From Kiritimatiellia bacterium (GTDB taxonomy: Bacteria; Verrucomicrobiota; Kiritimatiellia; RFP12; UBA1067): a stretch of 64,000 nt of DNA. Made by a program: the position numbers and the translations under genes. The stretch covers positions 26,069 to 90,068 of the forward strand of contig JBMNFY010000011.1 in NCBI GenBank assembly GCA_050949565.1, read 5' to 3'. Under the pieces are notes generated by a model. It searched no databases. It was not told the DNA's origin and saw only the letters and a program-made list of their open reading frames with translations. Below are positions 53,254 to 63,456 of the stretch, one piece after another. Within the stretch, counting starts at the first letter, position 1. The number at the start of each line of letters is the position of its first letter.

Positions 53254-55824
53254 TCAATTCGCCACGATGTTAATCAAGCGGTTGGGGACGCAGATGACCT
53301 TACGGATCGTCTTGCCGTCCAAGGCTTCGCGCACCGCATCCTGCTCCAGCGCGAGCCGCTGCATCGTCTCCTCGTCGGCCGACGACGGCATCATGACGCG
53401 CGCCTTGGGCTTGCCCAGCACCTGCACGAGGATCTCCACCTCGTCCACCTTGAGATACTCTTCGTCGTACTCAGGCCAGGGCTCGTAGGCGAGCGTCTTA
53501 TCGTGCCCCAGACGCTCCCAAAGCTCTTCGCCCAGATGCGGCGCGAACGGGGACAGCAGCAGCACGAAGGTCTCCGCCGCCTCGCGCGGCAGCGGCTTGG
53601 CGTTGCCGGAGAAGCCATTGACGAAGATCATCATCTGGCTGATGGCCGTATTGAAACTCATTGCATCGAGATCGTCCGTCACCTTTTTGATGGTGGCGTG
53701 CAGCAGACGGCGCTGCTCCGCGTCCAACGGGTCATCCGTGATCGGCTGTTCCACAACCATACGGAAGGCACGCTTGAGAAAACGGAACACGCCCTCCACA
53801 CCTTTGGTATTCCAAGGCTTGACCGCCTCCAGCGGCCCCATGAACATCTCGTACAGGCGCATGCTGTCCGCGCCGTACTCGCGGATGACATCGTCGGGAT
53901 TGACCACATTCTTCAGCGACTTGGACATCTTGGCCGGGAACTCGACGAGCTTCTCGCCGGTCTCGGTGTGGAAAGCGCCTTCGGTGCGCTGTTCCACCTT
54001 CTCCATCGGCACCAGCGCACCGCGCGCGTCCTTGTAGGAGAGACCCAGAATCATGCCTTGGTTCACGAGCTTCTGGAACGGCTCAGGGGTTGACACATAG
54101 CCCAGATCAAACAGCACCTTGTGCCAGAAGCGGGAATAGAGCAGATGCAGTACCGCGTGTTCCGCGCCGCCGACGTACAAGTCCACCGGCATCCAATACT
54201 TTTCTTTGGCCGTATCGAACGCGGCACGCTCGTTGCGCGGATCGATGTAGCGCAGATAGTACCAGCAGGAGCCCGCCCACTGCGGCATCGTGTTGGTCTC
54301 GCGACGCCCCTTCGCCCCAGTGACCGGATCGGTGTAATCAAGCCATGCGCCCGCCTTTGCGAGCGGCGGCTCGCCGGTGCCGGTGGGCTTGTAGTCCTCC
54401 AACTCGGGCAGGAGCAGCGGCAGATCGTTATCATCCACCAGACGGATGGAGCCGTCCTCCATGTGAATCACCGGGAAAGGCTCACCCCAGTAGCGCTGCC
54501 GACTGAAGAGCCAGTCGCGCAGCTTGTACTTCACCGCGGCCTTGCCGACCCCGCGCGCGGCCAGCCACTCGGTGGTCACGCGCATGGAATCAGCGACAGC
54601 CATGCCGTTGATATCGAGCCCCTCGCTATTCGCCGAGCCGATCATGCGGCCATTGCCGGTCCAGCAGGCGCGGCCGGCCAGCACGTCATCCACAGATACG
54701 CCTTCAGCCGCCGCCTCGTCCGCGTCGGGCTCGATGATGCAGACGATCGGCAACTTGAATGTCTGGGCGAACTCAAAGTCACGCGTGTCATGCGCCGGCA
54801 CGGCCATGATCGCGCCCGTGCCGTAACTGATCAGCACGTAGTCGGCGATCCAGATGGGAATCTCTCCGCCGGTCACGGGATTGACCGCGTACGCGCCGGT
54901 GAAGACTCCGGTCTTCTCGGTGTTCAGCTCGGTGCGATCCATGTCGCTCTTACGCGCGGCCTCCTCGCGGTAGCGGTCAACGTCGGTCCGCTGCGCGTCG
55001 GTCGTAATGCGCGTCACCAGCGGATGCTCGGGAGCCAGCACCATGTAGGTCGCACCGAACAGGGTGTCGGGACGCGTGGTGTACACTGTGACCTTTTCGT
55101 CGCATCCCGCGATTGTGAAATCGACCTCCGCGCCCTCCGACTTACCGATCCAATTGCGCTGCATCTCTTTGATGCCTTCCGGCCAGTCCAGTCCGTCCAG
55201 ATCCGCCAGCAGGCGCTCGGCATACTCTGTGATGCGCAGCATCCATTGACGCATCGGCCTGCGGATCACCGGATGGTTGCCGCGTTCGCTGCGTCCGTCG
55301 ATCACCTCTTCGTTGGCGAGCACCGTACCGAGTGCGGGGCACCAGTTCACCGGCACCTCGGCCATGTAGGCGAGGCCCTTCTTGTAAAGCTGCGTAAAAA
55401 TCCACTGCGTCCACTTGTAGTAGCCGGGATCGGTGGTGTTCACCTCGCGATCCCAATCGTAACTGAATCCCAGCGCTTTGATCTGCTGGCGGAAACGATT
55501 AATATTGCGTTCGGTCGTGATCGCGGGATGCGTACCGGTCTCGACCGCATACTGCTCAGCCGGCAGACCGAATGCGTCCCAGCCCATCGGATGCAGCACG
55601 TTGAAACCGCGCATGCGCTTGTACCGGCAAAGGATGTCCGTCGCCGTATAGCCTTCGGGATGGCCGACGTGCAATCCTGAGCCGCTCGGATACGGAAACA
55701 TATCGAGGCAATAGAACTTCGGCTTGCCCGCTTCAAAGTCATTCACCTTGAAGGTTTTGTTCGTCTCCCAATACGTCTGCCATTTTTTTTCAATCGCGGT
55801 GAAATCATACTCGTTCGTCGTCAT
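53254..55824 (-). CDS. leuS: leucine--tRNA ligase
   Basis: Start at '[20 protein letters not shown]'. '[16 protein letters not shown]' is the HIGH motif and 'KMSKSLKN' is KMSKS. An editing-domain insertion is present. 856 aa. Confidence 0.95.
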   Translation of the reverse strand: MTTNEYDFTAIEKKWQTYWETNKTFKVNDFEAGKPKFYCLDMFPYPSGSGLHVGHPEGYTATDILCRYKRMRGFNVLHPMGWDAFGLPAEQYAVETGTHPAITTERNINRFRQQIKALGFSYDWDREVNTTDPGYYKWTQWIFTQLYKKGLAYMAEVPVNWCPALGTVLANEEVIDGRSERGNHPVIRRPMRQWMLRITEYAERLLADLDGLDWPEGIKEMQRNWIGKSEGAEVDFTIAGCDEKVTVYTTRPDTLFGATYMVLAPEHPLVTRITTDAQRTDVDRYREEAARKSDMDRTELNTEKTGVFTGAYAVNPVTGGEIPIWIADYVLISYGTGAIMAVPAHDTRDFEFAQTFKLPIVCIIEPDADEAAAEGVSVDDVLAGRACWTGNGRMIGSANSEGLDINGMAVADSMRVTTEWLAARGVGKAAVKYKLRDWLFSRQRYWGEPFPVIHMEDGSIRLVDDNDLPLLLPELEDYKPTGTGEPPLAKAGAWLDYTDPVTGAKGRRETNTMPQWAGSCWYYLRYIDPRNERAAFDTAKEKYWMPVDLYVGGAEHAVLHLLYSRFWHKVLFDLGYVSTPEPFQKLVNQGMILGLSYKDARGALVPMEKVEQRTEGAFHTETGEKLVEFPAKMSKSLKNVVNPDDVIREYGADSMRLYEMFMGPLEAVKPWNTKGVEGVFRFLKRAFRMVVEQPITDDPLDAEQRRLLHATIKKVTDDLDAMSFNTAISQMMIFVNGFSGNAKPLPREAAETFVLLLSPFAPHLGEELWERLGHDKTLAYEPWPEYDEEYLKVDEVEILVQVLGKPKARVMMPSSADEETMQRLALEQDAVREALDGKTIRKVICVPNRLINIVAN

Positions 55825-55894
55825 AACCGATTCCCATGGGTTAAAGAAAGTGGCATTGTAGCACGCAGCCCGCGAAACATCCACACCGAGAGAT

Positions 55895-55972
55895 GTTAGT
55901 TCATTAGTTCATTAGCGTTAGTGCATTAGTTTGGTCATCGGGATCGGGATCGCTATCGGGATCGGGATCGCC
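55895..55972. repeat. short tandem modules ('ttcattag' variants, then 'gggatcg' block)
   Basis: 'gttagttcattagttcattagcgttagtgcattagtt' (55895-55932). 'tcgggatcgggatcgctatcgggatcgggatcgcc' (55938-55972) equals the 26821-26850 block. 'tagttcattagtgcat' recurs inverted at 63580-63595. Confidence 0.88.
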
Positions 55973-55990
55973 GCCAGTCAACCTCTCTTT

Positions 55991-56016
55991 ATTGCGGCCA
56001 CCCAGTGGCTCGCAAT
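55991..56016. repeat. 'attgcg-ccac/gtgg-cgcaat' hairpin family, copy 1
   Basis: 'attgcggccac-cca-gtggctcgcaat' (11-bp stem with one bulge). Confidence 0.75.
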
Positions 56017-56081
56017 GATGAGTGTAAAAACGGACGGGAGGATGGGCACCGGGCGCGCGCAGGATATGCAATGAGGGGTAC

Positions 56082-56124
56082 AAAACTCCTAACTCCTAAA
56101 TCCTAAATCCCAACTCCTAAATCC
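56082..56124. repeat. inverted copy of the 'ggatttaggag' module
   Basis: 'aaaactcctaactcctaaatcctaaatcccaactcctaaatcc' is the reverse complement of the module type seen at 15435-15467 and 26789-26817. Confidence 0.88.
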
Positions 56125-56165
56125 GCGCGTAGCGCGGCTGCGCGGCGCAAGGTTTTAACCTCATC

Positions 56166-56190
56166 TTTGTGACCACTGGGTGGTCACAAA
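56166..56190. repeat. hairpin family, copy 2
   Basis: Perfect 11-bp stem 'tttgtgaccac-tgg-gtggtcacaaa'. Confidence 0.8.
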
Positions 56191-56280
56191 AAGTGGGCGG
56201 ATTGACTGACGCCGCGCGGAATTGGTACCCTGAACCAAACTCCAATTGTGAGCCCACCCCGTAAACAGCAGGTGTCCGGT

Positions 56281-58269
56281 ATGATGATCCATGTTCTCCG
56301 CGCAAAGAATCGCGTCCCGCTGTGCGTCGCATTTGTCGCTTTGGCACTGACCGCCGCATCTCAGTCCATCTACGAAAGCGTATGCGGGGAAGCGCGTCAC
56401 ATTTCGCGTACTTCTCTGGCGGTCGCCGCGCCGCGCGAGGTTTGGGAGGCCACGCTAAAGCAACGCAGATCGATGTGGCACGAGATGCTGGGGCTGTCGC
56501 CCATGCCCGAGCGCGGCCCCCTGAAGGCGACCGTGACAGGGGTACTCGATCGCGGCGACTATGTGGTCGAGAAGATTCATTTCCAGAGTCTTCCCGGTGC
56601 CTACGTGATAGGCAACCTCTACCGTCCGGCGAAGGTGACCGGACGCCTGCCCGCAGTCTTGTACCTGTGCGGGCACTCCAAAGGGAAGGTCAATCCGCCA
56701 TATCAGGCTAACCCGCGTTGGTTCGGCCAGCACGGATACGTGGCGCTTGTGCTGGATCCCATACAGCTTGGAGAGTCGCAAGGATTTCATCACGGCACCT
56801 ACAGCGAAAAACGCTGGGATTGGCCCAGCCGGGGCTACACGCCTTTGGGCACGGAGGTGTGGAATGCCATGCGCGCGCTCGACTACTTGGAGACCCGGCC
56901 TGACGTTGACGCTGGTCGCATGGGTGTGACCGGCCTCAGCGGCGGCGGCGTTGTTTCATGGTGCCTCGGGGCGGCGGACGAACGGGTCAAGGTTGTGGTG
57001 CCGGTGTGCCAGAGCGGCAGTATCGAAGACGTGGCGATAGACCGCTCCGCCGACGGTCACTGCGACTGTGCGTTCTGGATCAACTATTACCGCTGGTGCT
57101 GGCCTGACATCGGTTCGCTGATAGCGCCACGCGCCTTGTTGATCGCCTCCGGCACGGAGGACATCTTGTGGCGTCCGTCAGGTTTCCGTGATGTGGCGCA
57201 CCGCATCCGCGGCCAGTACATAGCACTGGACGCTACGGGACACTTTGATCTGGTCGAAGACGTCGCGCCGCACGGTTATACGCCAAAGTTGCGTAAGGCC
57301 ATTTTTACGTGGTTCAACAGGCACCTGAAGGGCGACCCCACGCCGGTCGAGGATGACGTGACCGAGTTCGTCGAGCCGGAGGAGAACCTGCTGGTGTTCG
57401 GCGGCAAGTTGCCCGCGGACGACCTCACGCGGACGATCGACACCGTGCTGGTCCAACATGGCGCGCAGCCTGAAGTCACGACTGCGGCGGAGTGGCAGGC
57501 GCACCAGCGGGACGCGCTCGAACGGTTGCGCGCGTCAACATTCCGTAACATTCCGGCTGACCACGCGCCGCGCGGACGTAACGTCCGCCAAGATGGCAGC
57601 ACGAAAAACGGAGAGTTTTTCATCACCCGCGAGTTCGCGTCATGCGACGGACTCAACCTGCGCGTGAAGATCATGCGGCGCGCCGGTGCGCCGCAGCCTG
57701 TGCCGACGGTGGCGTACGCCATTCAGCCTGCGGCGAAAAGCACGTTTTCCGGTGGCGGCTCTTCGCGTCCGGCCATCGCCGCACCACTGACGACCGCCGG
57801 CGTCGAGGTTCGCAATACGGGTTTCACTTCGGTCGGTCCGGGGTACCTGTGGACGTTACGGCGGACCTACCCGCTCTTGGGGCAGACGCTGCCTGAACGG
57901 CAGGTGTGCGACCTGCTGGCTGGCATCGCGCTGTTGCGACGGGACACCCCCACCGGCCCGGTGGCCTTGTACGGGCAGGGACACACGGCGGTGCTGGCGG
58001 TTTATGCGGCCTTGCTCGATCCAGAGGTCAGCGAGGTCATCCTCGCTGGCTTGCCCGAGAGCCACACCGACCCCAATACGCCTGAATTTCTGGGCGTTCT
58101 GCGCGTCGGCGATCTGCCGCACAACCTCGCGTTGCTGTGGCCGCGCCCCATCACGTTCATAGGCACCGTACCGCCAGCTTACGCATACACGCGGCAGGTC
58201 TACGAAAAACTAGGCACCGCCGACCGCTTCCGAGTGATCGACAGTGCGAAAGCATGGCGTCCGCTGTAG
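56281..58269 (+). CDS. exported alpha/beta-hydrolase (acetyl-xylan-esterase / dienelactone-hydrolase-like)
   Basis: Start at 'MMIHVLRAKNRVPLCVAFVALALTAASQ' (signal). Nucleophile elbow 'GVTGLSGGG'. 'LYLCGHS' is an oxyanion-type segment. The long C-terminal extension has unknown function. Confidence 0.72.
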   Translation: MMIHVLRAKNRVPLCVAFVALALTAASQSIYESVCGEARHISRTSLAVAAPREVWEATLKQRRSMWHEMLGLSPMPERGPLKATVTGVLDRGDYVVEKIHFQSLPGAYVIGNLYRPAKVTGRLPAVLYLCGHSKGKVNPPYQANPRWFGQHGYVALVLDPIQLGESQGFHHGTYSEKRWDWPSRGYTPLGTEVWNAMRALDYLETRPDVDAGRMGVTGLSGGGVVSWCLGAADERVKVVVPVCQSGSIEDVAIDRSADGHCDCAFWINYYRWCWPDIGSLIAPRALLIASGTEDILWRPSGFRDVAHRIRGQYIALDATGHFDLVEDVAPHGYTPKLRKAIFTWFNRHLKGDPTPVEDDVTEFVEPEENLLVFGGKLPADDLTRTIDTVLVQHGAQPEVTTAAEWQAHQRDALERLRASTFRNIPADHAPRGRNVRQDGSTKNGEFFITREFASCDGLNLRVKIMRRAGAPQPVPTVAYAIQPAAKSTFSGGGSSRPAIAAPLTTAGVEVRNTGFTSVGPGYLWTLRRTYPLLGQTLPERQVCDLLAGIALLRRDTPTGPVALYGQGHTAVLAVYAALLDPEVSEVILAGLPESHTDPNTPEFLGVLRVGDLPHNLALLWPRPITFIGTVPPAYAYTRQVYEKLGTADRFRVIDSAKAWRPL

Positions 58270-58348
58270 GTCAGGCTTGAGCGGTTGGAGTTGATCGTTT
58301 TTGCGAAGCGCCGAAAGGGACAAGCGTCTGCTTGACCGGTGGCAATGC

Positions 58349-58386
58349 AAAAAAGTACGGCGGGACGTCCTGTCCCGCCGTACTTT
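58349..58386 (-). terminator. strong intrinsic terminator (reads best on the minus strand, after pckG; also usable on the plus strand)
   Basis: 12-bp perfect stem 'gtacggcgggac-gtcct-gtcccgccgtac' (58355-58383). It is flanked by A6 (58349-58354, a U6 tract on the minus strand) and TTT (58384-58386). Confidence 0.7.
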
Positions 58387-58429
58387 ACCACTCCGTGACG
58401 AAACACAGAGCAGAGCTTTTACACTCGTC

Positions 58430-58455
58430 ATTGCGATCCACTGAGTGGTCGCAAT
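58430..58455. repeat. hairpin family, copy 3 (immediately after the pckG stop)
   Basis: 'attgcga(t)ccac-tga-gtggtcgcaat'. Confidence 0.75.
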
Positions 58456-58460
58456 AAGGC

Positions 58461-60368
58461 TTACTTCTCCAGCGCGGCTTTGATCTCGGCCAGCTTCGCC
58501 TTGAGCGCGTACGGCATGCGACTGCCGAACGGCTCGTACGATTTAGCGACAGCCTCGATCTCCTTCTTCCAGCCTTCGACGTCCACGGAGAGCAACTCCT
58601 TCATCGTCTTCTTCATCTCGGACGCACTACGCTGCGGATCGACATACCCGGTCATATCGATCGCGTCGGGCGTCGGCAGGAAGCCGATGGGCGTCTCCAC
58701 CGCCTTGCCCTTGCCTTCGATGCGCTCGCAGACCCACTTCAAGACACGGATGTTGTCGCCAAAGCCGTTCCACATGAAGCCCTTTTCGTCCTTGCGGAAC
58801 CAGTTCGTGAAGAACACCTTGGGCAGCTTGTTCACATCCGTGCGCAACGGCATGGTCAGCCAATGCAGCATGTAGTCGGCCGCATTGTAGCCGAAGAACG
58901 GCAGCATCGCCATCGGGTCACGGCGCACCACGCCGACCTCAGCGAGGTTAGCGGCGGTGGTTTCGGAGCCGGCGGCGGAACCCATGAACACCGCATGCGT
59001 CCAGTCCTTGGCCTGGTTCACCAGCGGGATCACAGTCGGACGGCGACCGCCAAACAGGAAGGCGGAAACCGGTACGCCGTTGGGGTCTTCCCACTCGTCG
59101 GCGATTACCGGGCACTGCGCGGCAGGCGCGGTGAAACGGGCGTTCGGATGCGCGGCCTTGACCTTCTTGCCATCTTTGTCGACCGTATCAGGCGTCCAAT
59201 CGTTGCCCTGCCAGTCGATCGCGTGCGCCGGTGCCGGCACGCCCATGCCCTCCCACCAGATGTCGCCATCGTCGGTGAGCGCGCAGTTCGTGAAGATCGT
59301 GTTTTTCGTGATCGTGCGCATGGCGTTGGGGTTGCTGTCCATCGAGGTTCCCGGCGCCACACCGAAGAAACCGCTTTCGGGGTTGATCGCATACAGACGG
59401 CCATCCGCGCCGATCTTCATCCACGCGATATCGTCGCCGATCGTCTCGATCTTCCAGCCCGGGAGACGCGGCTCCATCATGGCGAGGTTGGTCTTGCCGC
59501 ACGCGCTCGGGAAAGCCGCCGTGATGTAATTCACCTTGCCCTCCGGCGAGGTGAGCTTCAGGATCAGCATGTGCTCGGCCAGCCAGCCCTCCTTGCGGGC
59601 GAGGCTGGAGGCGATACGCAGCGCCAGGCACTTCTTGCCGAGCAGGGCGTTGCCGCCGTAACCCGAACCGAACGACCAGATCTCGCTCGTCTCGGGGAAG
59701 TGCGAGATGTACTTCTTCTCAAGCGGGGCGCACGGCCAGGGCACATCCTTCTGCCTCGGCTTCAGCGGCGCGCCGACCGAGTGCAGGCACTTGATAAACT
59801 CGCCGTCCTTGCCCAACTGCTTCAGCACCTTCGTGCCGACGCGGGTCATGATGATCATGTTGACCACAACGTAAGGCGAATCGGTCAGTTCGACGCCGAT
59901 CTTGGAGATGGGAGAGCCGATCGGCCCCATCGAGAAGGGGATCACATACAGTGTGCGGCCTTTCATGCACCCCTTATAGAGACCGGTCATCGTCGCCTTC
60001 AACTCAGCCGGGGCGACCCAGTTGTTCGTCGGGCCGGCGTCCTCCTGCTTCGTGGTCGAAATGTACGTGCGGTTTTCGACGCGCGCCACGTCCGACCAGT
60101 GCGAGCGAGCCAGATAGCATCCGGGACGCTTCTTGGGGTTGAGCTTGATAAACGCGCCGCTCTCGACCATGCTTTCGCAAATCGCGGTGTATTCCTTCTT
60201 GGTACCGTTACACCAGTAGACATCCTTTGCCTGGGTCAGCTTGGCAAAATCATTCACCCACTTGATCAGCTCTTCGTGCTGGGTGGGATACTTGGCGGCG
60301 GATGCCTTGGCGGCTTTTGTCTTTGCAGTCGTTTTACACGCGCGTTTTGCAGTCTTCTTACAGGACAT
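58461..60368 (-). CDS. pckG: phosphoenolpyruvate carboxykinase (GTP) with a Lys/Ala-rich N-terminal extension
   Basis: Start at ATG 60368 (GGAGA 8 nt upstream). '[12 protein letters not shown]' is the kinase-1a P-loop. 'GDDIAWM', '[14 protein letters not shown]' and 'FLFGGRR' are GTP-PEPCK signatures. Confidence 0.93.
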   Translation of the reverse strand: MSCKKTAKRACKTTAKTKAAKASAAKYPTQHEELIKWVNDFAKLTQAKDVYWCNGTKKEYTAICESMVESGAFIKLNPKKRPGCYLARSHWSDVARVENRTYISTTKQEDAGPTNNWVAPAELKATMTGLYKGCMKGRTLYVIPFSMGPIGSPISKIGVELTDSPYVVVNMIIMTRVGTKVLKQLGKDGEFIKCLHSVGAPLKPRQKDVPWPCAPLEKKYISHFPETSEIWSFGSGYGGNALLGKKCLALRIASSLARKEGWLAEHMLILKLTSPEGKVNYITAAFPSACGKTNLAMMEPRLPGWKIETIGDDIAWMKIGADGRLYAINPESGFFGVAPGTSMDSNPNAMRTITKNTIFTNCALTDDGDIWWEGMGVPAPAHAIDWQGNDWTPDTVDKDGKKVKAAHPNARFTAPAAQCPVIADEWEDPNGVPVSAFLFGGRRPTVIPLVNQAKDWTHAVFMGSAAGSETTAANLAEVGVVRRDPMAMLPFFGYNAADYMLHWLTMPLRTDVNKLPKVFFTNWFRKDEKGFMWNGFGDNIRVLKWVCERIEGKGKAVETPIGFLPTPDAIDMTGYVDPQRSASEMKKTMKELLSVDVEGWKKEIEAVAKSYEPFGSRMPYALKAKLAEIKAALEK

Positions 60369-60717
60369 TTTGGTGATCTCCATGCTTGGTCTTTTTGTCA
60401 CTCTAGCGGCCCGCCCAAGCTCCGGGCATGAGCAGCGGTAAAGTTGGCGCAACATGGTACAAATCATTCCCCCCACCGACAAGTGAAATTTTTTTCGACC
60501 GCGCTGCCCCTAGGGTTCGATTACGCCACTCACCATTAACTAACTTTACACTGCCGTGCATGCTCCCTTATGATGAGTGGTCGAACATCAAGAACGATAA
60601 GGGCAATCGGGTGGTGACAGGGGACGGTTAATCTCGTACAGTTGGTCCTCGCACTTCGTCGGTTACACCTCGTCGTTTTGTACTTCGGCGCGTACACTTA
60701 GTTTCTGCCGAATTGAC

Positions 60718-60795
60718 GACTAAGTGTTTTCGACTAAGTGTGTAAGACTAAGTGTGTAGGACTAAGTGTGTAGGACTAAGTGTGTAGGACTAAGG
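60718..60795. repeat. 14-bp tandem repeat, about 5.5 copies ('gactaagtgtgtag')
   Basis: Units at 60718, 60732, 60746, 60760 and 60774 (the last three identical), plus a partial unit at 60788 that runs into the RBS 'aagggag' of the next gene. An inverted partial unit 'tacacttagt' lies at 60693-60702. Confidence 0.92.
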
Positions 60796-60808
60796 GAGAA
60801 CGGGCCGC

Positions 60809-62566
60809 ATGGCATGTAAAGGCAGGGAGAGGCGGGATCGGACGTTGCGGCAGTGTGCTCGCGGCGTGGGTCTGGTGGCCTTGGTTTTCAGTTTGACGGT
60901 CGCCTCCCTACTGGCTGTCGACGCCGCGCGTGTCGGTCCCGCTGAAACGGTTCGCTCTGAAGTGCTGACGCAGGCGCTGGCCCAAAGTCGTAGCGAATCC
61001 GCTACAACGCAGACCGTGGCCTTTGCCCGCGAGATGGACCGTCTGGCGCGCCGTGCCTATTTCAACAGTTTCTCATTCCGCCAGCAGGGCATGGCACTGA
61101 TGGTACTGGGCCTGCTGATCACCGCCGGCTGTTTCGGGGTGGCGTACCGGCTGAGTCTGCGCATCCCCGATCCGCGCACCATCGACGGCAATGATCCCGC
61201 ACGCGCCGATCGCTGGGCGGTGAATGCGGTGCTAGCGGCCGGCGCGTTGCTGTTGGTCGGCGCGACTATCCTGCAAGTCCGTCAGCGGCACGCTGACTCC
61301 GTAGCCGACAGGGCGCTGCGCGCCAGCCTCGTCAATCCAGCGTTGAAGCCCGGCGAGACGCATGTCTGCCCATGCCGTCGCGGCACCTCGGCCGCCGATC
61401 TTGCCGCGCAGTGGCCGTTCCTGCGTGGACCTGAGATGTCGGGACGCACCACACTCACCAACCTGCCGCTCGCATGGGACGGGACAACCGACAAGAACAT
61501 CCGCTGGAAAAGCAAACTGCCGCGCGGAGGATCCAGCACACCGGCGGTCTGGGGCCAGCGGCTCTTTCTGACGGCAGGCGATGAGCAGACGCGCAGTGTC
61601 ATGGCGTATGATACCGCAACCGGCGAGTTGCTCTGGTCCACCGACATCCCGGACGGTGCGAAGGGGGGCGAGCCGTTACCGGAGACCAGTGACGATACCG
61701 GATTTGCCGCCTCCTCGCCAGCCTGCGACGAATCGCACGTCTATGCCATTTTCGCCAGTGGCGACTTAGCCGCTCTCGATCATGACGGCAAGATCGTCTG
61801 GCAACTCTATTTGGGGCGTCCCCATAACACTTATGGACACGCTTCGTCGCTCGTCTACTGTGGCGAGATGCTGATCGTGCAGTGGGATCAAGAGGAGCAC
61901 AGCCGCATTCTGGCACTCGATAAGACCTGCGGACGCACGCTCTGGGAGACCCCGCGCACGGCCGGCATGTCTTGGAGCACGCCGCTGATCATGCCGCTGT
62001 GTGACGGCTACGTACTGTTGGTGCATGCCAGCGGCAAGACGTGTGGCATGGAGTTGGCGACCGGCAAGAAACTCTGGGAGGTCGAAGCCGTTACTGGAGA
62101 GATCGCTCCGTCGCTGACATGGGAGAAGGATATCTGGTTGGCCGCAAACTGCTACTCACGCATGGTGGCGTACCGGATGCCGCAAGAGGGTGCACCGGAG
62201 ATGCTCTGGGAGTGGGATGAAGGCAATCTGCCGGATGTCGCCAGCCCGGTGATCGCAGACGGACTCGTCTTTCTGGCTACTGACGCCGGCGAAGTCCTCT
62301 GCCATGACTTGGCTGACGGCAAGCAACTGTGGTACAAGGAGTTTGAGGACGGCTACTATGCCTCGCCTGTCGCTGCCGAGGGCCGGGTCTACATCGTGGA
62401 TCGCAAGAAGGGGCTGTTCCGCGTCTATGCCGTCGCACGTGAGGCCAAGGAGTTGTCCGTCAACCCGATGGGCGAGGCGGTCTGCGCCACGCCGGCCTTT
62501 GCCAATGGGCAGATCTTCGTGCGCGGCCACAGCCACCTCTGGTGTATCGGTGCGGGCGCGCCGTGA
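60809..62566 (+). CDS. membrane-anchored PQQ-like (BamB-type) beta-propeller repeat protein
   Basis: Two or three N-terminal TM helices (VGLVALVFSLTVASLLAV, GMALMVLGLLITAGCF, AVLAAGALLLVGATIL). Then repeated 'G(E/K/R)..LW' blades: 'TGELLWSTD', 'GKIVWQLY', 'GRTLWETP', 'GKKLWEVE', 'GKQLWYKE'. Confidence 0.78.
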   Translation: MACKGRERRDRTLRQCARGVGLVALVFSLTVASLLAVDAARVGPAETVRSEVLTQALAQSRSESATTQTVAFAREMDRLARRAYFNSFSFRQQGMALMVLGLLITAGCFGVAYRLSLRIPDPRTIDGNDPARADRWAVNAVLAAGALLLVGATILQVRQRHADSVADRALRASLVNPALKPGETHVCPCRRGTSAADLAAQWPFLRGPEMSGRTTLTNLPLAWDGTTDKNIRWKSKLPRGGSSTPAVWGQRLFLTAGDEQTRSVMAYDTATGELLWSTDIPDGAKGGEPLPETSDDTGFAASSPACDESHVYAIFASGDLAALDHDGKIVWQLYLGRPHNTYGHASSLVYCGEMLIVQWDQEEHSRILALDKTCGRTLWETPRTAGMSWSTPLIMPLCDGYVLLVHASGKTCGMELATGKKLWEVEAVTGEIAPSLTWEKDIWLAANCYSRMVAYRMPQEGAPEMLWEWDEGNLPDVASPVIADGLVFLATDAGEVLCHDLADGKQLWYKEFEDGYYASPVAAEGRVYIVDRKKGLFRVYAVAREAKELSVNPMGEAVCATPAFANGQIFVRGHSHLWCIGAGAP

Positions 62567-62614
62567 CCACCGCGCCGTTTTTATTTCACAGCTTTTTCAG
62601 AACAGGTCGTCAAT

Positions 62615-63397
62615 ATGCGTGAGTGCTTGGATGTTTTTTTGCTGGCGGTGCTTCAGGGCATCACCGAGTTCCTGCCGATCAGTAGTTCTGGGCACTTAGT
62701 TCTCGCCCAGAATCTGCTCAAGACCAACACGCCGGGCGTGCGGCTGGAGATTGTGCTGCACCTCGGCACCATGATCTCCATCATAGCCTTCTATCGCAAG
62801 CCGCTGTGGGCGTTGACTTGCGGTGTGTTTAAGGGGCAGCGTGCGAGTTGGGCCGCGCTCGGCCGGATCATCCTCTCAGCGGTTCCAGCCGCCTTCTTCT
62901 ACTTCCTGTGCCACGACAAGGTCCATGCCTTTTACGAAGACTCGCAGGCGGTCGGCGGCTTCCTGATTTTCACCGGCGTCGTGCTACTCGCCCTGCGCTG
63001 GATGCGGAGCGGCAACGAATCGGTGAACGGTGCGCGCGCCTTGCTGACCGGTCTTGCGCAGGCACTGGCGGTACTACCCGGCATCAGCCGCTCCGGCATG
63101 ACCATCGCAGCGGCCCGCATGGCTGGAGTCGCGCCGGGACTGGCGGCCGAGTTCTCGTTTCTCATGAGCCTGCCGCTATTGGTCGGTGCCGCGTTGCTGG
63201 ACATCCTCGGACTCACAACACAAAACGGAAGTGCCGACTCCCTGCCCGGCTGGCTTCTTTTCGCCGGTGCGGTCGTCTCAGCCGTAGTGGGCTACGCGGC
63301 ACTGGCACTGCTGGTGCGCACCCTGCACAGCGGACGCTTCTGGCTTTTCGGCCCCTACTGCATCGCGGCGGGGAGCATCACCCTGATCGTGCTTTGA
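62615..63397 (+). CDS. uppP: undecaprenyl-diphosphate phosphatase
   Basis: 'LQGITEFLPISSSGHLVL' and 'PGISRSGMTI' are the two BacA/UppP signature motifs. Eight-TM profile. Confidence 0.93.
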   Translation: MRECLDVFLLAVLQGITEFLPISSSGHLVLAQNLLKTNTPGVRLEIVLHLGTMISIIAFYRKPLWALTCGVFKGQRASWAALGRIILSAVPAAFFYFLCHDKVHAFYEDSQAVGGFLIFTGVVLLALRWMRSGNESVNGARALLTGLAQALAVLPGISRSGMTIAAARMAGVAPGLAAEFSFLMSLPLLVGAALLDILGLTTQNGSADSLPGWLLFAGAVVSAVVGYAALALLVRTLHSGRFWLFGPYCIAAGSITLIVL

Positions 63398-63456
63398 GTG
63401 TGAACGCCGAACCACGAAAATGCCAAGTGGTACGGCTCGTGGGGACAGTCGCCCAC

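Noticed and set aside
60428-60631. 67-aa ORF in the long pckG/propeller spacer as a possible small protein.
   Set aside because: It has no RBS, an unremarkable composition and no hydrophobic or motif features. The region is more plausibly untranslated leader or regulatory DNA.
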